A program made the position numbers and the translations under genes. From the NCBI GenBank assembly GCA_964385185.1, contig CAYLOA010000001.1:12507-76506 (forward strand): a stretch of 64,000 nt of DNA, written 5' to 3'. This stretch comes from an uncultured Methanosarcinales archaeon (GTDB lineage: Archaea > Nanobdellota > Nanobdellia > Woesearchaeales > CALCXY01). Positions 39,284 to 49,193 of the stretch are shown here, one piece after another; position 1 is the stretch's first letter, and every line of letters starts with the position of its first letter. Under the pieces are notes generated by a model. That model was not told the origin of the DNA. It made no database searches and saw nothing but the letters and a program-made list of their open reading frames with translations.

Positions 39284-40147
39284 TTATTTTCCAAAATTAA
39301 AATATTTACGTAATTCTTCCTCTTCTTCTTGAATTTCTTTCTTAGACGTTTCTTCTGAAGATTCGGTGGTTTCTTCAACCGTTTCTTCTTCAGCAACAGG
39401 TTGAGGAGTTTCATCAGGTGCTTGCTCCTCAGATGCATCTTCAACCATCATATCACTAGGCAATTCATCATTTCGAGATGGAACAACAGCAGGTTCTTCC
39501 GTAACAACCGGCTCTTCAACAGTTTTTGGCTCAGGAACTCTCTCAGGTTCACCAAAAACAGGCTCCTCTGGATATAGACTAGCTGCCTCTTGTTCTTCAA
39601 CCACTTCAGGCTCAGGAATAGAAGCACTCGCTTCATTAATGACTTCTTGAGAATCTTCATTCTGTAATAATTCATGTAAAGGAGTTTCTTCACTTTGTTC
39701 ATGTTCATTCGCTTCCGGATGAACAGTTGCAACTTCTGTATCAACAGCAATAGGCTCAGATTCAGGAGCAGGTTCAACAGCAACTGGCTCTGGTTCCACA
39801 GTTTCCATAGCTACTTGTACTTCTTCTTCTCCAAATTCTGGACTTGGAGGATCCACCTCAGATAAATCTTGTTGTACTTCTGGTGGTGGAGCTTCCTTTA
39901 AATCTTCTGTATCTTCTATACCTTCTTCATCAATCTCTTGTTCAGCAATATGCTCAATCTCATCTTCTACTTCCTTAATCTCATCCTCAATTCTTTTAGG
40001 GGTATCTTGTACCTTTTTCACACCAAGAATGATTTCTTTAGCTTTTTCAACAGCTTCAGCCATACTTGCAGCTAGTCCATTGTTCTTCAATGTCATAGCT
40101 AACTGATTAATCTTCTCAGCATCTTTAATGTCCATACACAAATTCAA
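39284..40147 (-). CDS. highly acidic disordered protein
   Basis: 287-aa ORF with an E/P/V-rich acidic body and a short structured N-terminus. Confidence 0.45.
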   Translation of the reverse strand: MNLCMDIKDAEKINQLAMTLKNNGLAASMAEAVEKAKEIILGVKKVQDTPKRIEDEIKEVEDEIEHIAEQEIDEEGIEDTEDLKEAPPPEVQQDLSEVDPPSPEFGEEEVQVAMETVEPEPVAVEPAPESEPIAVDTEVATVHPEANEHEQSEETPLHELLQNEDSQEVINEASASIPEPEVVEEQEAASLYPEEPVFGEPERVPEPKTVEEPVVTEEPAVVPSRNDELPSDMMVEDASEEQAPDETPQPVAEEETVEETTESSEETSKKEIQEEEEELRKYFNFGK

Positions 40148-40185
40148 TAATCTATGTATTTAAGAATTTCTCTAGTCAAGAACAA

Positions 40186-40656
40186 CTATTCCAATAATAA
40201 GATTATATCTTTTTCTTCCTCTACAGTCTCGTTGATAGTAAAAACCTTCTTTATCGCTTTCATAATAGTATCAGATTTAGAACTCCTCTTCAGAAAACTA
40301 ACCACAACTTTACCTTTACCCACTCTTTTCATCTCTTTTAGTCCTTTCTCAACATCACTAAAGTTACCCAAAGCGGTTACACAGATAATATAGTCAAAAC
40401 TGCTATCCTGGAAAGGCAAATGTTCTCCAAAACCCTGAACTCTATTGCCTTTCCCTTGTGTAACTAATCCAAAACTAGGGTCAACCCCTACAACATTACA
40501 TTTCCAATCAGAACTCAATCCTGTTCCGCAACCCACATCTAACAAACTCTCACTCTTCTTAGGAGAAATTAAACTCTTAATAACCTTCATCTTCTTAGCC
40601 TGTTCCTCACTATGCAGCTCATGATAACTTTTTGCTATTTTATCATAATAGTTCAT
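40186..40656 (-). CDS. class I SAM-dependent methyltransferase
   Basis: LLDVGCGTGLSS is motif I. I trimmed the start to the internal Met (MNYYDKIAKSYHELH). The upstream 80 codons of the track ORF are hydrophobic nonsense. Confidence 0.65.
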   Translation of the reverse strand: MNYYDKIAKSYHELHSEEQAKKMKVIKSLISPKKSESLLDVGCGTGLSSDWKCNVVGVDPSFGLVTQGKGNRVQGFGEHLPFQDSSFDYIICVTALGNFSDVEKGLKEMKRVGKGKVVVSFLKRSSKSDTIMKAIKKVFTINETVEEEKDIILLLE

Positions 40657-40728
40657 AAAAAGAGTATTTGAGTTTGCATATATAATAATGCCGGAGTTGA
40701 AATAAAAAAAAGGAGACGAAGTTAGATA

Positions 40729-40785
40729 CTCGCAGTCGAAAGACTGCGAGAGTGGGCACTCTGTGAGTGCCTCAGTTATTTTTTC
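40729..40785 (+). ncRNA. two GC-rich hairpins plus T-run; candidate small RNA 3' end or terminator element
   Basis: Hairpin 1 is ctcgcagtc-gaaa-gactgcgag, a perfect 9-bp stem with a GAAA loop. Hairpin 2 is gggcactc-tgt-gagtgcc, followed by ttatttttt. It lies in a divergent intergenic region with no upstream plus-strand CDS. Confidence 0.3.
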
Positions 40786-40840
40786 CTCCAAAATAAACCG
40801 TATAGAAAAACATATAAACCACCTAGCTATAAACAATCTT

Positions 40841-41065
40841 ATGTCCAAAGTAATATGGGGTATAGCAATCTTTGTTGTTATAGGATTTTTCCTCATATAC
40901 TCAACACTACAAACAAACTTTTCAGATCCAGACGATGTACAAACATTTGTAGGGGCTGCGTTTGAATGGGTAGGACAAATAGGTAAATCAACCTACACAG
41001 TAGGAAAAACAGCTACTGAGCAAGATTGGTTACCACCAAATACAACATTTATTGTAAACGACTAA
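40841..41065 (+). CDS. small membrane-anchored protein
   Basis: Start trimmed to MSKVIWGIAIFVVIGFFLIY, a signal anchor. Length 74 aa. Confidence 0.4.
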   Translation: MSKVIWGIAIFVVIGFFLIYSTLQTNFSDPDDVQTFVGAAFEWVGQIGKSTYTVGKTATEQDWLPPNTTFIVND

Positions 41066-41066
41066 A

Positions 41067-41453
41067 ATGGAACTACCAGAATCAACAGACGAGTGTATCT
41101 ACTTCACACGAAGAGCAGATGAAAATACTAAACTCATCTGTTGGGCGTTAAAAGAAAAATGCCCTGAATGTGGAGAAGGACTCATGGGCAAGCCTGTTAA
41201 ACCTGATGGAAAAGTTGCCATCAGAGCAAAAGAATATATCTGTCCTAAGTGTTCTCATACGATTGAAAAGAAAGAGTATGAAGATACCTTAACTGCCAAT
41301 ATTATATACACTTGTTCATGTGGCAAAGAAGGAGAAGCTCAAATACCATTCAAAAGAAAGAAAGTAAAAGGTGCAAATGTTCTACCGTTTAAATGTGAAG
41401 AATGTAATGCAGATCTAGATATCGCTAAGAAGTTCAAGAAAAAGAAAGATTAA
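41067..41453 (+). CDS. double zinc-ribbon protein
   Basis: Four CxxC pairs (CPEC...CPKC and CSCG...CEEC). The C-terminus is K-rich. Confidence 0.55.
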   Translation: MELPESTDECIYFTRRADENTKLICWALKEKCPECGEGLMGKPVKPDGKVAIRAKEYICPKCSHTIEKKEYEDTLTANIIYTCSCGKEGEAQIPFKRKKVKGANVLPFKCEECNADLDIAKKFKKKKD

Positions 41454-41585
41454 ATCTCTTCTAAAAATAAGTCATCCATCTCATATTTTGACAACTTTGT
41501 CTTGTTGAGAGCAGACATTACTTTCTTCTTTCCTCTACCGCCTGTGATTTGATCATATACAAAATCGTCTTTTGCCATAGAAAAC

Positions 41586-41604
41586 AGGGGTTTTACCCCT
41601 TTTT
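41586..41604 (+). terminator. hairpin followed by T6 (intrinsic-terminator-like)
   Basis: ggggt-ttt-acccc followed by tttttt. Confidence 0.35.
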
Positions 41605-41679
41605 TAAAGATTACGTTTTTCAGTACTTTTAGGTAGTTAATAACTAAAAGTTTATATAGATATATAGAATAGGTGAATA

Positions 41680-42309
41680 ATGTCAAAAGTTTCTAAACAA
41701 GAGTGTAAAGCCCAAGTTAACACAGCTGAAATTGATATTACCATATATCACAGTGAACATATGATTGCTTTACCCATAAGAGGGGAAGTCACCGTTTTCT
41801 ATAGAAACACAATGCAAAAAAAAAGAGTAAGTTGGATTGCTAAAACATTTAAAACCAATAATCGATTTAGTCAAAAATTTGGCTCACTTGCCTTTTTTAT
41901 TAATGAGAGCGAATATCCTGTTCGTATGGATTGGCACAAAAGTCCTCCAGCACATGAAGAAGATTTATATGTAATTTCTGAAAAATATGACCTTAAAAAT
42001 CCCAAAGGAGTCGCTGCATTCTTAGCCAAAGATCGATCTGGGTGGTTCAATCCAGTAAAAAAAGAATTAACAGAAGTAATTTCAGAATATTCTGATATTT
42101 TAGCAGGTATAAATGATACAGGATTATCCACAGAAAAAATATTATTTGAAAATAATTGCTCAAGAAAACTCATCTACCAATTAGCAGAAAGAAATTCATT
42201 TGGCGCATGTTATAAATATAAAATGGAAGGAGATAAAAATGCAGAACGAGCCACACCTTTATTTGATACAGATAATCCAAAACTTTGGGGAAGGGGAAAA
42301 TTACATTAA
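41680..42309 (+). CDS. hypothetical protein (209 aa)
   Basis: ORF with a TATA-like tttatatag upstream. I recognise no motif. Confidence 0.5.
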   Translation: MSKVSKQECKAQVNTAEIDITIYHSEHMIALPIRGEVTVFYRNTMQKKRVSWIAKTFKTNNRFSQKFGSLAFFINESEYPVRMDWHKSPPAHEEDLYVISEKYDLKNPKGVAAFLAKDRSGWFNPVKKELTEVISEYSDILAGINDTGLSTEKILFENNCSRKLIYQLAERNSFGACYKYKMEGDKNAERATPLFDTDNPKLWGRGKLH

Positions 42310-42623
42310 CGATATCTATACTTCATCATATGTTTACATTCTTTACAATGATACACTACATTCCCTTCCTTAGTCCGAATCATTAAGTTCTTTCCCACAA
42401 CTAAAAAGGCATGACATTTTTTACAGATCTGCCGACGCAACTGGGTAGGCATCTTAACCTTATACTTCATCCCTACTCGACGAGCTTTCTGAGCCCACTT
42501 ATTGGCCATATCTTTCTTACCAGCACTAAAATAATCCAGTGCCTGAGCTAACAAATGAGTCATCTCTCCAACAACTTTTCCCTTAACTTGGGGATTAAGC
42601 GCCTTATATCGTCTCATAACCAC
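42306..42623 (-). CDS. rnp4: RNase P protein component 4 (Rpp21/Rnp4)
   Basis: Zinc ribbon CKKCHAFLVVGKN...YHCKECKH plus an N-terminal basic helical region. Length 105 aa. Confidence 0.65.
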   Translation of the reverse strand: MVMRRYKALNPQVKGKVVGEMTHLLAQALDYFSAGKKDMANKWAQKARRVGMKYKVKMPTQLRRQICKKCHAFLVVGKNLMIRTKEGNVVYHCKECKHMMKYRYR

Positions 42624-42667
42624 TCAAGAACAACAATCTTTTAATAACCTTTCCTCTTCCAAAGACC

Positions 42668-43915
42668 ATGTTCAAATTCCTAAAAGGTATGTTTAGTAAA
42701 CAGATGGGTAAAGCTTCAGTCAAAGAAGCAGATTTATCTGAATGGTTTGCAACAGCCTCTCGAGATACAAGAGAAGATCTAAACGATCAGCTCAGAACAC
42801 TTACCAACAACTTCAGAAAAACCATGAATACCTTAAGAGCAGACTTAGACACGTTAGAAAATGCCAATCTTCAAAATCCAGACATTCCTATGAGACATAG
42901 ACAAATTATGGAAGGAAATCGTTCTGCATATAGTCAAAAAATGTCCACATTCTTACAAAATATTACTCTACCTACACATATTGCAGAAGTAGAAGATTTT
43001 GCAACAAAATTTAACCAAGATGCAGATACACTCTCTCAAGGAACCATGAAAATGTTTCAAATTCTACAAGAATTTCTAGCAAATGAATCAAAAAAGGTAG
43101 CTACCCATATTGGCACATTAGTATCTATAGTAAATGATATGAAAACTCTCCATGAAAGCTCTGGATTCTCAATAATCATCGCAACTGAAGATCTCATAAA
43201 CCAATTAGTAGAAAAGAGAGATGATCAAAAGAATCTTGAATCCACAGTAGAAAAAAAATCAGGGGAATTAAAAGAGATTGCAACGGTTATTGACGCAGCA
43301 AAAAAGAAAATAGAATCTCTCAAAAAAGATCCACTCTACAAAGATCTTCAAGATCTCACAAAGGAAAAACATGATGTTAAAGTAAAATTAACCAGCAAAG
43401 GTGCAGAATTAGTCCATCTTTTTCATAATGTGGAAAAAGCTATTAAGAAATATATTAGAATTTCATTTGAAGATGAAAAAATACTAGGATCGTACCTAGA
43501 ATCACCTATTAAAGCAGTTTTTCAAGATCCTGAATTTCATATCGTAAATGTACTAGAAAAAATGAAACTAGCTATCCAAAAAAATAAAATTGAATTAGAT
43601 CCTAAAAAGAAAGAAAAAACGATTGAAACGATAGAAACCATAAACAAAATCTGGCTACAAAAATTCTTTGATGACTACATTAAATTAAAGAAAGAATACA
43701 AAGATGTGGATGCGAATATTGAAAATATCACAATAGAAGCTAAAATTGAAGGTGTATCTAAAAAACTAAAGGAAGCTGAAGATTTTGATGCAAGACTCAA
43801 AAAAGAAATAGGTGCCTGTGAAGGAGAACTAGCTCATCTAAATATCGAGGAATCATTGGAAGAAATAAAGAATAATACAAAAACATTATTGAACACTTCA
43901 ATTAGTATAGAATAA
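42668..43915 (+). CDS. coiled-coil protein, unknown function
   Basis: 415 aa with heptad-like K/E/L-rich stretches throughout. Confidence 0.5.
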   Translation: MFKFLKGMFSKQMGKASVKEADLSEWFATASRDTREDLNDQLRTLTNNFRKTMNTLRADLDTLENANLQNPDIPMRHRQIMEGNRSAYSQKMSTFLQNITLPTHIAEVEDFATKFNQDADTLSQGTMKMFQILQEFLANESKKVATHIGTLVSIVNDMKTLHESSGFSIIIATEDLINQLVEKRDDQKNLESTVEKKSGELKEIATVIDAAKKKIESLKKDPLYKDLQDLTKEKHDVKVKLTSKGAELVHLFHNVEKAIKKYIRISFEDEKILGSYLESPIKAVFQDPEFHIVNVLEKMKLAIQKNKIELDPKKKEKTIETIETINKIWLQKFFDDYIKLKKEYKDVDANIENITIEAKIEGVSKKLKEAEDFDARLKKEIGACEGELAHLNIEESLEEIKNNTKTLLNTSISIE

Positions 43916-45103
43916 TTATTTAAATTTCTTAAAACTTTTCTTAAGAGCCTCAAGAGCAACTAATTTCTTCCCTTCTAATAAAGTCAATGAAGCCCCTCCT
44001 GCAGTTGAAACGTGAGTCATTTTACTTGTAGCTTTAAACTGCTTAACAGAAGTACTGGTATCTCCTCCACCAATAATAGTTGTAGCTTTAGAGTTTGCCA
44101 ATATTTTAATAATGCCTTTTGTTCCTGCTGCATATTTAGGATTTTCAAAAATACCAATAGCACCATTCCAGACAATAGTCTTAGCATCTTTTAAAATATT
44201 TTCAAATTGTGTAACAGATGCTGGACCATTATCTACCCCAATCCATCCAGAAGGGATGTGTGCACGGTCAACAACCATTTTCTCTGACTTTCCTTCTAGA
44301 GTATCAACAACTACAATATCTTCAGGCAATACTAATTTTTTCTTATACTTTCGTAACAAGGAACCAGCTTTTTTAACATAATTTTCATCAACAACACTAT
44401 TTCCCACAGAATATCCTTGAGATTTCAAAAATGTAAACACCATTGCCCCCCCTAATAAAATTTTACTCGCTTTACTAGCAAGTGCCTTAATCAAAGGAAT
44501 CCGAGTCTCCAATTTAACACCACCCAGAATAGCATACAAAGGTTTCTTAGCACCTTTCAAAGAAAGTGCTTTCACATCTTTCTCAGCTTGTAATCCTAAA
44601 CATCCAGGAATATATTTGCAAATCTGAGTCATAGAAGCATGATTTCGATGAGAATTACTGAATGCCTCATTAACATAATAATCTGCATAAGAAGCCAATT
44701 CCTTACCAAAAACAGAACTTCCTTTGGTCTCCAAAGGAGAAAAGCGAACATTCTCAAGTGCCATAATACCACCTGGACGTAACTTCTCAACAGCTCGCTC
44801 AACATCTCTCCCCTTCAAGACATACATCTGCTTAATAGTCTTCTTAAGTAATCTCCCAGCATGTTTGGTAATAGCTGCTACTCTATACTGAGCAACAATC
44901 TTACCATTTGGCCTATGATGATGAAAAAGAAGAATTACTTTAGCTTTTTTACGAACAAGATAACGTAGAGTGGGTAAACTTTCTTTAATTCTATCATCGT
45001 TAGTAATCTTGCCCTTATCATTGATGGGCATATCCCACCCTACTCGAACAAGAACCGTTTTACCTGAATAAGAAAAATCTTTGAGTCCAAAATAAGTTTT
45101 CAT
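43916..45103 (-). CDS. pgk: phosphoglycerate kinase
   Basis: N-terminal VLVRVGWDMPIND, IIGGGDTSTSV and an overall PGK two-domain pattern. Length 395 aa. Confidence 0.9.
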   Translation of the reverse strand: MKTYFGLKDFSYSGKTVLVRVGWDMPINDKGKITNDDRIKESLPTLRYLVRKKAKVILLFHHHRPNGKIVAQYRVAAITKHAGRLLKKTIKQMYVLKGRDVERAVEKLRPGGIMALENVRFSPLETKGSSVFGKELASYADYYVNEAFSNSHRNHASMTQICKYIPGCLGLQAEKDVKALSLKGAKKPLYAILGGVKLETRIPLIKALASKASKILLGGAMVFTFLKSQGYSVGNSVVDENYVKKAGSLLRKYKKKLVLPEDIVVVDTLEGKSEKMVVDRAHIPSGWIGVDNGPASVTQFENILKDAKTIVWNGAIGIFENPKYAAGTKGIIKILANSKATTIIGGGDTSTSVKQFKATSKMTHVSTAGGASLTLLEGKKLVALEALKKSFKKFK

Positions 45104-45106
45104 GGT

Positions 45107-46096
45107 TTACTTTGCCATCCGTTTAATCACATCAACCATCCTATTACTAAAACCCCATTCATTATCATACCAAGAAAAGACTTTGCATAATTTTCCATCG
45201 ATAACCTGAGTCAATGAAGCATCAAATACAGAAGAATGAGGATTACCCACAATATCTTGCAAAACAATAGGTTCTTCAGTATATTCTAAAATACCTTTCA
45301 AATATCCTTTAGCAGCTTTTTTCATGGCAGCATTAATCTTCGCCACCGTTGTCTTTTTCTTTGCTATAAACGTAAAGTCACTAATACTTCCACAAGGTGT
45401 AGGAACTCTAATTGCAGTTCCATCCATCTTCCCCTCCAACTCTGGAAATACTTCCACAACTGCGTGTGCAGCTCCTGTAGTGGTGGGAATAATATTAATA
45501 GCAGCAGCTCTTGCTCTTCTCAAATCTTTGTGAGGAATATCTAATAATTTCTGATCATTTGTGTATGAATGCACAGTAGTTAACAGTCCAGATTCAATCC
45601 CTACTTCACTTTGCAAAACAGAAACAACAGGCGCTAAACTATTAGTAGTACAACTTCCATTAGAAACAATATATTCAGTGGAACATGCTTTAGAATTAAC
45701 CCCTTCAATTGCTTGACTAATCGGCTTATCACCTTTCCAAGGTGCACTTAACAATACTTTCTTAGCTCCCGCTCGAATATGTTTCATATTATCTTCATAC
45801 GTTCTAAAAAAACCAGTAGATTCAACAACCACATCAATCTTTAATTCTTTCCAAGGAAGATCTTCGGGATCTTTTTGACTTAACACTTTCAAAATTTTAC
45901 CATTGACAAGAATATCATTTCCTTTGACAGAAACATCAGCATCAAATGTCCCATGGACACTGTCATGTTTTAACAGATGAGCCATAGTTTTAGCATCACC
46001 TAAATCATTAATAGCAACAATATTAACATCCTTATATCCAGCTCTAAAAATCAGTCTTCCTATACGTCCAAATCCATTAATAGCTACTCGTATCAT
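45107..46096 (-). CDS. gap: glyceraldehyde-3-phosphate dehydrogenase, type I (bacterial/eukaryotic type)
   Basis: INGFGRIGR NAD-binding motif and the catalytic SNGSCTTNSLAP. Length 329 aa. Confidence 0.9.
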   Translation of the reverse strand: MIRVAINGFGRIGRLIFRAGYKDVNIVAINDLGDAKTMAHLLKHDSVHGTFDADVSVKGNDILVNGKILKVLSQKDPEDLPWKELKIDVVVESTGFFRTYEDNMKHIRAGAKKVLLSAPWKGDKPISQAIEGVNSKACSTEYIVSNGSCTTNSLAPVVSVLQSEVGIESGLLTTVHSYTNDQKLLDIPHKDLRRARAAAINIIPTTTGAAHAVVEVFPELEGKMDGTAIRVPTPCGSISDFTFIAKKKTTVAKINAAMKKAAKGYLKGILEYTEEPIVLQDIVGNPHSSVFDASLTQVIDGKLCKVFSWYDNEWGFSNRMVDVIKRMAK

Positions 46097-46158
46097 ATGC
46101 TTACTTTAGAAATACTAGTATATATAGATTGCCTTTAAGAAGAAATGGAAAGGTGAAA

Positions 46159-46554
46159 TTATTTTTTAGCGGCTTTTTTACTTTTACTCTCAAGAATAAC
46201 AACAAGTTCCCTCATTTCTCCAATTATCTGGGTATATCTTGCTTTTTCATCTCCTGAACTCAATTGTCTTAAAGGAGCCAAAGTATATTCCAATTTGGAA
46301 TACGTCTCTCCATAAGAATCATAATCAAGTTTAGTTTTATTAAATTTAACAATCATCCTTCGAAGATCTTTTATGTCACCATCTACTTTTGCATACAATT
46401 TTTTATTTTTATTTAACATACCCACTAATTCATCAAATAATTTTTCAATAGAAATAATACACCGTTCAGGTGAAATAAAAAAGGATGTAAAAAATGTAGT
46501 TATATACATGTTCATCTTTCCATCCTTAAGATATATAATCTTTTCAAAAATCAA
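46159..46554 (-). CDS. hypothetical protein (131 aa)
   Basis: ORF only. Confidence 0.4.
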   Translation of the reverse strand: MIFEKIIYLKDGKMNMYITTFFTSFFISPERCIISIEKLFDELVGMLNKNKKLYAKVDGDIKDLRRMIVKFNKTKLDYDSYGETYSKLEYTLAPLRQLSSGDEKARYTQIIGEMRELVVILESKSKKAAKK

Positions 46555-47483
46555 CCCTTCTTCAACTTACAAACAAAGAATCCCTCAGTCATATTATTCT
46601 GAGGCCATAATCGTAACGTCTTAGCAACATCTTTATGATACGTTTCATCCTTATAAGCCATAATCGGCTCTCCTTTAACAATATCTAACTTAATATCTTC
46701 AACAGTAGCATCATCAACCTCATTCAACAACCAACTCACCACACCTTCATTCTCCTGGGGTTCAACACTACAGGTGGAATACACCAACACCCCTCCTTTC
46801 TTCAAAACATTCCAGCCAGCAAGCAACAATTTCTTCTGTTGATTAGCTAATTTCGAAATCATATGAGGATTCCAAATATCTAATGTTTTCAAGCTTTTAG
46901 CAATCGTACCTGTCCCAGAACAAGGAGCATCTACTAACACTCGATCAAACTCCATATCTTTAAACCATTGTCCATGCATAACTGTTAAAGCACTATTCGT
47001 ACTCCCAATTCTTTGCATATTAATACCTAAAGGAGCCAATCTCATCCCTTTGTAGTCATTTGCAATCAAAGCACCCGTATTTTCCATATATTGGCTAATC
47101 TGAGAAGCTTTACTTCCTGGACTAGCACACATATCCAAAATCTTTTCATTCTTACCTACATCTAAAACAACAGGAGGAATCATACTAGCAGCTTCTTGCA
47201 CATAAAAATATCCTAAAGCATGTTCAATCGTATTACCAATATCTCTTCTACCTGTCTTATGCTCAACCCAAAATCCTTCCTTACACCAAGGAACTTGAGT
47301 TAATGTCCATCCTAATTTCTCTAACCTTGCTTTACACTCTTTAACACTCATCTTCAAAGTATTAATACGAACCGATCGACGTAAATACTCAAGACTTGCT
47401 TTAATGAACTCATCATAGTTAGTCAACTCAGAAAAGTGATCAATGAATGATTGTTTTATCTTTATTTTCGATCTATCCATCAT
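46551..47483 (-). CDS. RNA cytosine-C5 methyltransferase (NOL1/NOP2/Sun family)
   Basis: DMCASPGSKASQI (motif I), DAPCSGTG (motif IV with catalytic Cys) and YSTCS (motif VI Cys). Confidence 0.8.
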   Translation of the reverse strand: MMDRSKIKIKQSFIDHFSELTNYDEFIKASLEYLRRSVRINTLKMSVKECKARLEKLGWTLTQVPWCKEGFWVEHKTGRRDIGNTIEHALGYFYVQEAASMIPPVVLDVGKNEKILDMCASPGSKASQISQYMENTGALIANDYKGMRLAPLGINMQRIGSTNSALTVMHGQWFKDMEFDRVLVDAPCSGTGTIAKSLKTLDIWNPHMISKLANQQKKLLLAGWNVLKKGGVLVYSTCSVEPQENEGVVSWLLNEVDDATVEDIKLDIVKGEPIMAYKDETYHKDVAKTLRLWPQNNMTEGFFVCKLKKG

Positions 47484-49162
47484 AACCTCTTACTCATATA
47501 GACTCCATCTTTCTTATACCCTAATTTCTTATAATAACCTTTGGTTCCAATTGCAGAAATAACTACCATCTTAGATTTCAAATACGTTTCAGCAATCTCT
47601 TCAGCATGACTCATTAATTTTTTCCCGATACCTCTATGCTGTGCCATCCCTTTAGCACCTTTATCTCCCAATCCAACAACTTCACCCATAACATGTAATT
47701 CTCGAATAAGTGCAACATCTCCTTTTAATTCCGAACGCAAATGCTTAGCCGGAAACCTCAACCTACAATACCCAAGCAAAGCCTCACCTGCAAGAGCTTG
47801 AATAAAAAACTCATTCCCTCCAGCAGCTTTATACTCTCTAACAGTATAATGAACCTTACCCAATTTCTTCAAACTTCTACCCACTTCTCGACATCGAATA
47901 CATTTACATACAATCCCTAACCTCTCAGCTTCTTTATCTGCATACTGTCTCAAATTAGTTCGATCAACACCTGCTGAAGTTACATGGGTAGGAATATCTC
48001 TTTGTACTCTCATAATTCTACAATATTCAGGAATATCTAGTTTAGCTTTAGCAATAATCTTTGCAGCTTCTTTTGTAGTCATCGGATCAAATTTTCCTTT
48101 TTTCCAGTCTTTGAACAACTCAGTTCCTGGCATTACCATACAAGGATAAATCTTTAACATATCAGGTTCATATTCCTCTTCAGCAAACAATCGTTTAAAG
48201 ACTGCTTGATCCATTCTTTTGGAAACGCCAGGTAATCCTAACATAATATGAAAATTTAATTTATATCCTAGATCACGCAATGTTGCAATACTTTTAATCG
48301 TGTCATCCAAACCATGACCTCGATTAGTATCCCATAGCACCTTATCATAGAGAGTTTGAACACCTAATTCAATTCGTGTACATCCTAATCGTAAAAGAAA
48401 GTTTCCATGAGCTAATCTCCCATACTGAGGATTCGTTTCAATAGTTAATCCTACACATTTAATCTGACTCTTCTCATTCTTAGCTTGCTCTTTCTCTAAA
48501 GTTGTCTTTCTTTTCTTCAACTTTAACAATTTCTTAATCAACCATTTCTCACGAGCAGGATCAGTAATATCTGCAGGCAAGTTAAACCATTTCTTAAATT
48601 TCCCCAAATCCAATTCTCCTTTTTTAAAAAACAATCTTGAAAAATCATTCATAGCTTGAAAAAAACCTGTACAATAATCCTCTTGATATTTCTTGGGATA
48701 AGAAGGAAACGTCCCCCCTTGTACAATCACTTCTACCTTCTCAGGAAGATGTCCTGCACAAATATATTGTTGCAATCTGTTCATCATAATCAAATAAGAA
48801 TCAAAATTATTCCTAATCGATCGCATAGTAGAAGGTTCATTCCCTGTATACGATTGAGGAACATCACCAAAGACAGATTGTGGCCCTCCTGGACAAAAAG
48901 TACAGGTACCATGGGCACATTTCCGAGGAGCAGCCATCATAGCAACAACAGCAACCCCTGATAATGTCCGAACTGGCTTAGTAATCAAATACCGTTTAAC
49001 ACCTTTTAATTGAGCCTCTGTTAAATCTAAGAGAATATCGATATCCTTAGGAATCTTTGCCATCTTGTGCTTTCTGCACAATGCAACTTTCTTCCGATTC
49101 AGCTGAGTCTTACTAGGCTTATTCTTCCGAATATAAGCTACCAACTCATCATAATAATCCAT
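47480..49162 (-). CDS. elp3: tRNA uridine(34) acetyltransferase Elp3 homologue (radical SAM + GNAT)
   Basis: CAHGTCTFCPGG is the Cx4Cx2C motif typical of Elp3. The C-terminal GNAT domain includes HRGIGKKLMSHAEE. Length 560 aa. Confidence 0.85.
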   Translation of the reverse strand: MDYYDELVAYIRKNKPSKTQLNRKKVALCRKHKMAKIPKDIDILLDLTEAQLKGVKRYLITKPVRTLSGVAVVAMMAAPRKCAHGTCTFCPGGPQSVFGDVPQSYTGNEPSTMRSIRNNFDSYLIMMNRLQQYICAGHLPEKVEVIVQGGTFPSYPKKYQEDYCTGFFQAMNDFSRLFFKKGELDLGKFKKWFNLPADITDPAREKWLIKKLLKLKKRKTTLEKEQAKNEKSQIKCVGLTIETNPQYGRLAHGNFLLRLGCTRIELGVQTLYDKVLWDTNRGHGLDDTIKSIATLRDLGYKLNFHIMLGLPGVSKRMDQAVFKRLFAEEEYEPDMLKIYPCMVMPGTELFKDWKKGKFDPMTTKEAAKIIAKAKLDIPEYCRIMRVQRDIPTHVTSAGVDRTNLRQYADKEAERLGIVCKCIRCREVGRSLKKLGKVHYTVREYKAAGGNEFFIQALAGEALLGYCRLRFPAKHLRSELKGDVALIRELHVMGEVVGLGDKGAKGMAQHRGIGKKLMSHAEEIAETYLKSKMVVISAIGTKGYYKKLGYKKDGVYMSKRL

Positions 49163-49193
49163 AGCCTATAGAATATAGATTCAGTTTAAAAAA

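Noticed and set aside
40154-40393. 79-aa plus-strand ORF overlapping the methyltransferase 3' end
   Set aside because: It is fully embedded antisense in a well-supported methyltransferase gene and is hydrophobic and low-complexity.
41450-41578. 42-aa minus-strand ORF MAKDDFVYDQITGGRGKKKVMSALNKTKLSKYEMDDLFLEEI
   Set aside because: It has a plausible ATG but no clear RBS, and it overlaps the 3' end of the zinc-ribbon gene on the other strand. I am not confident enough to call it.
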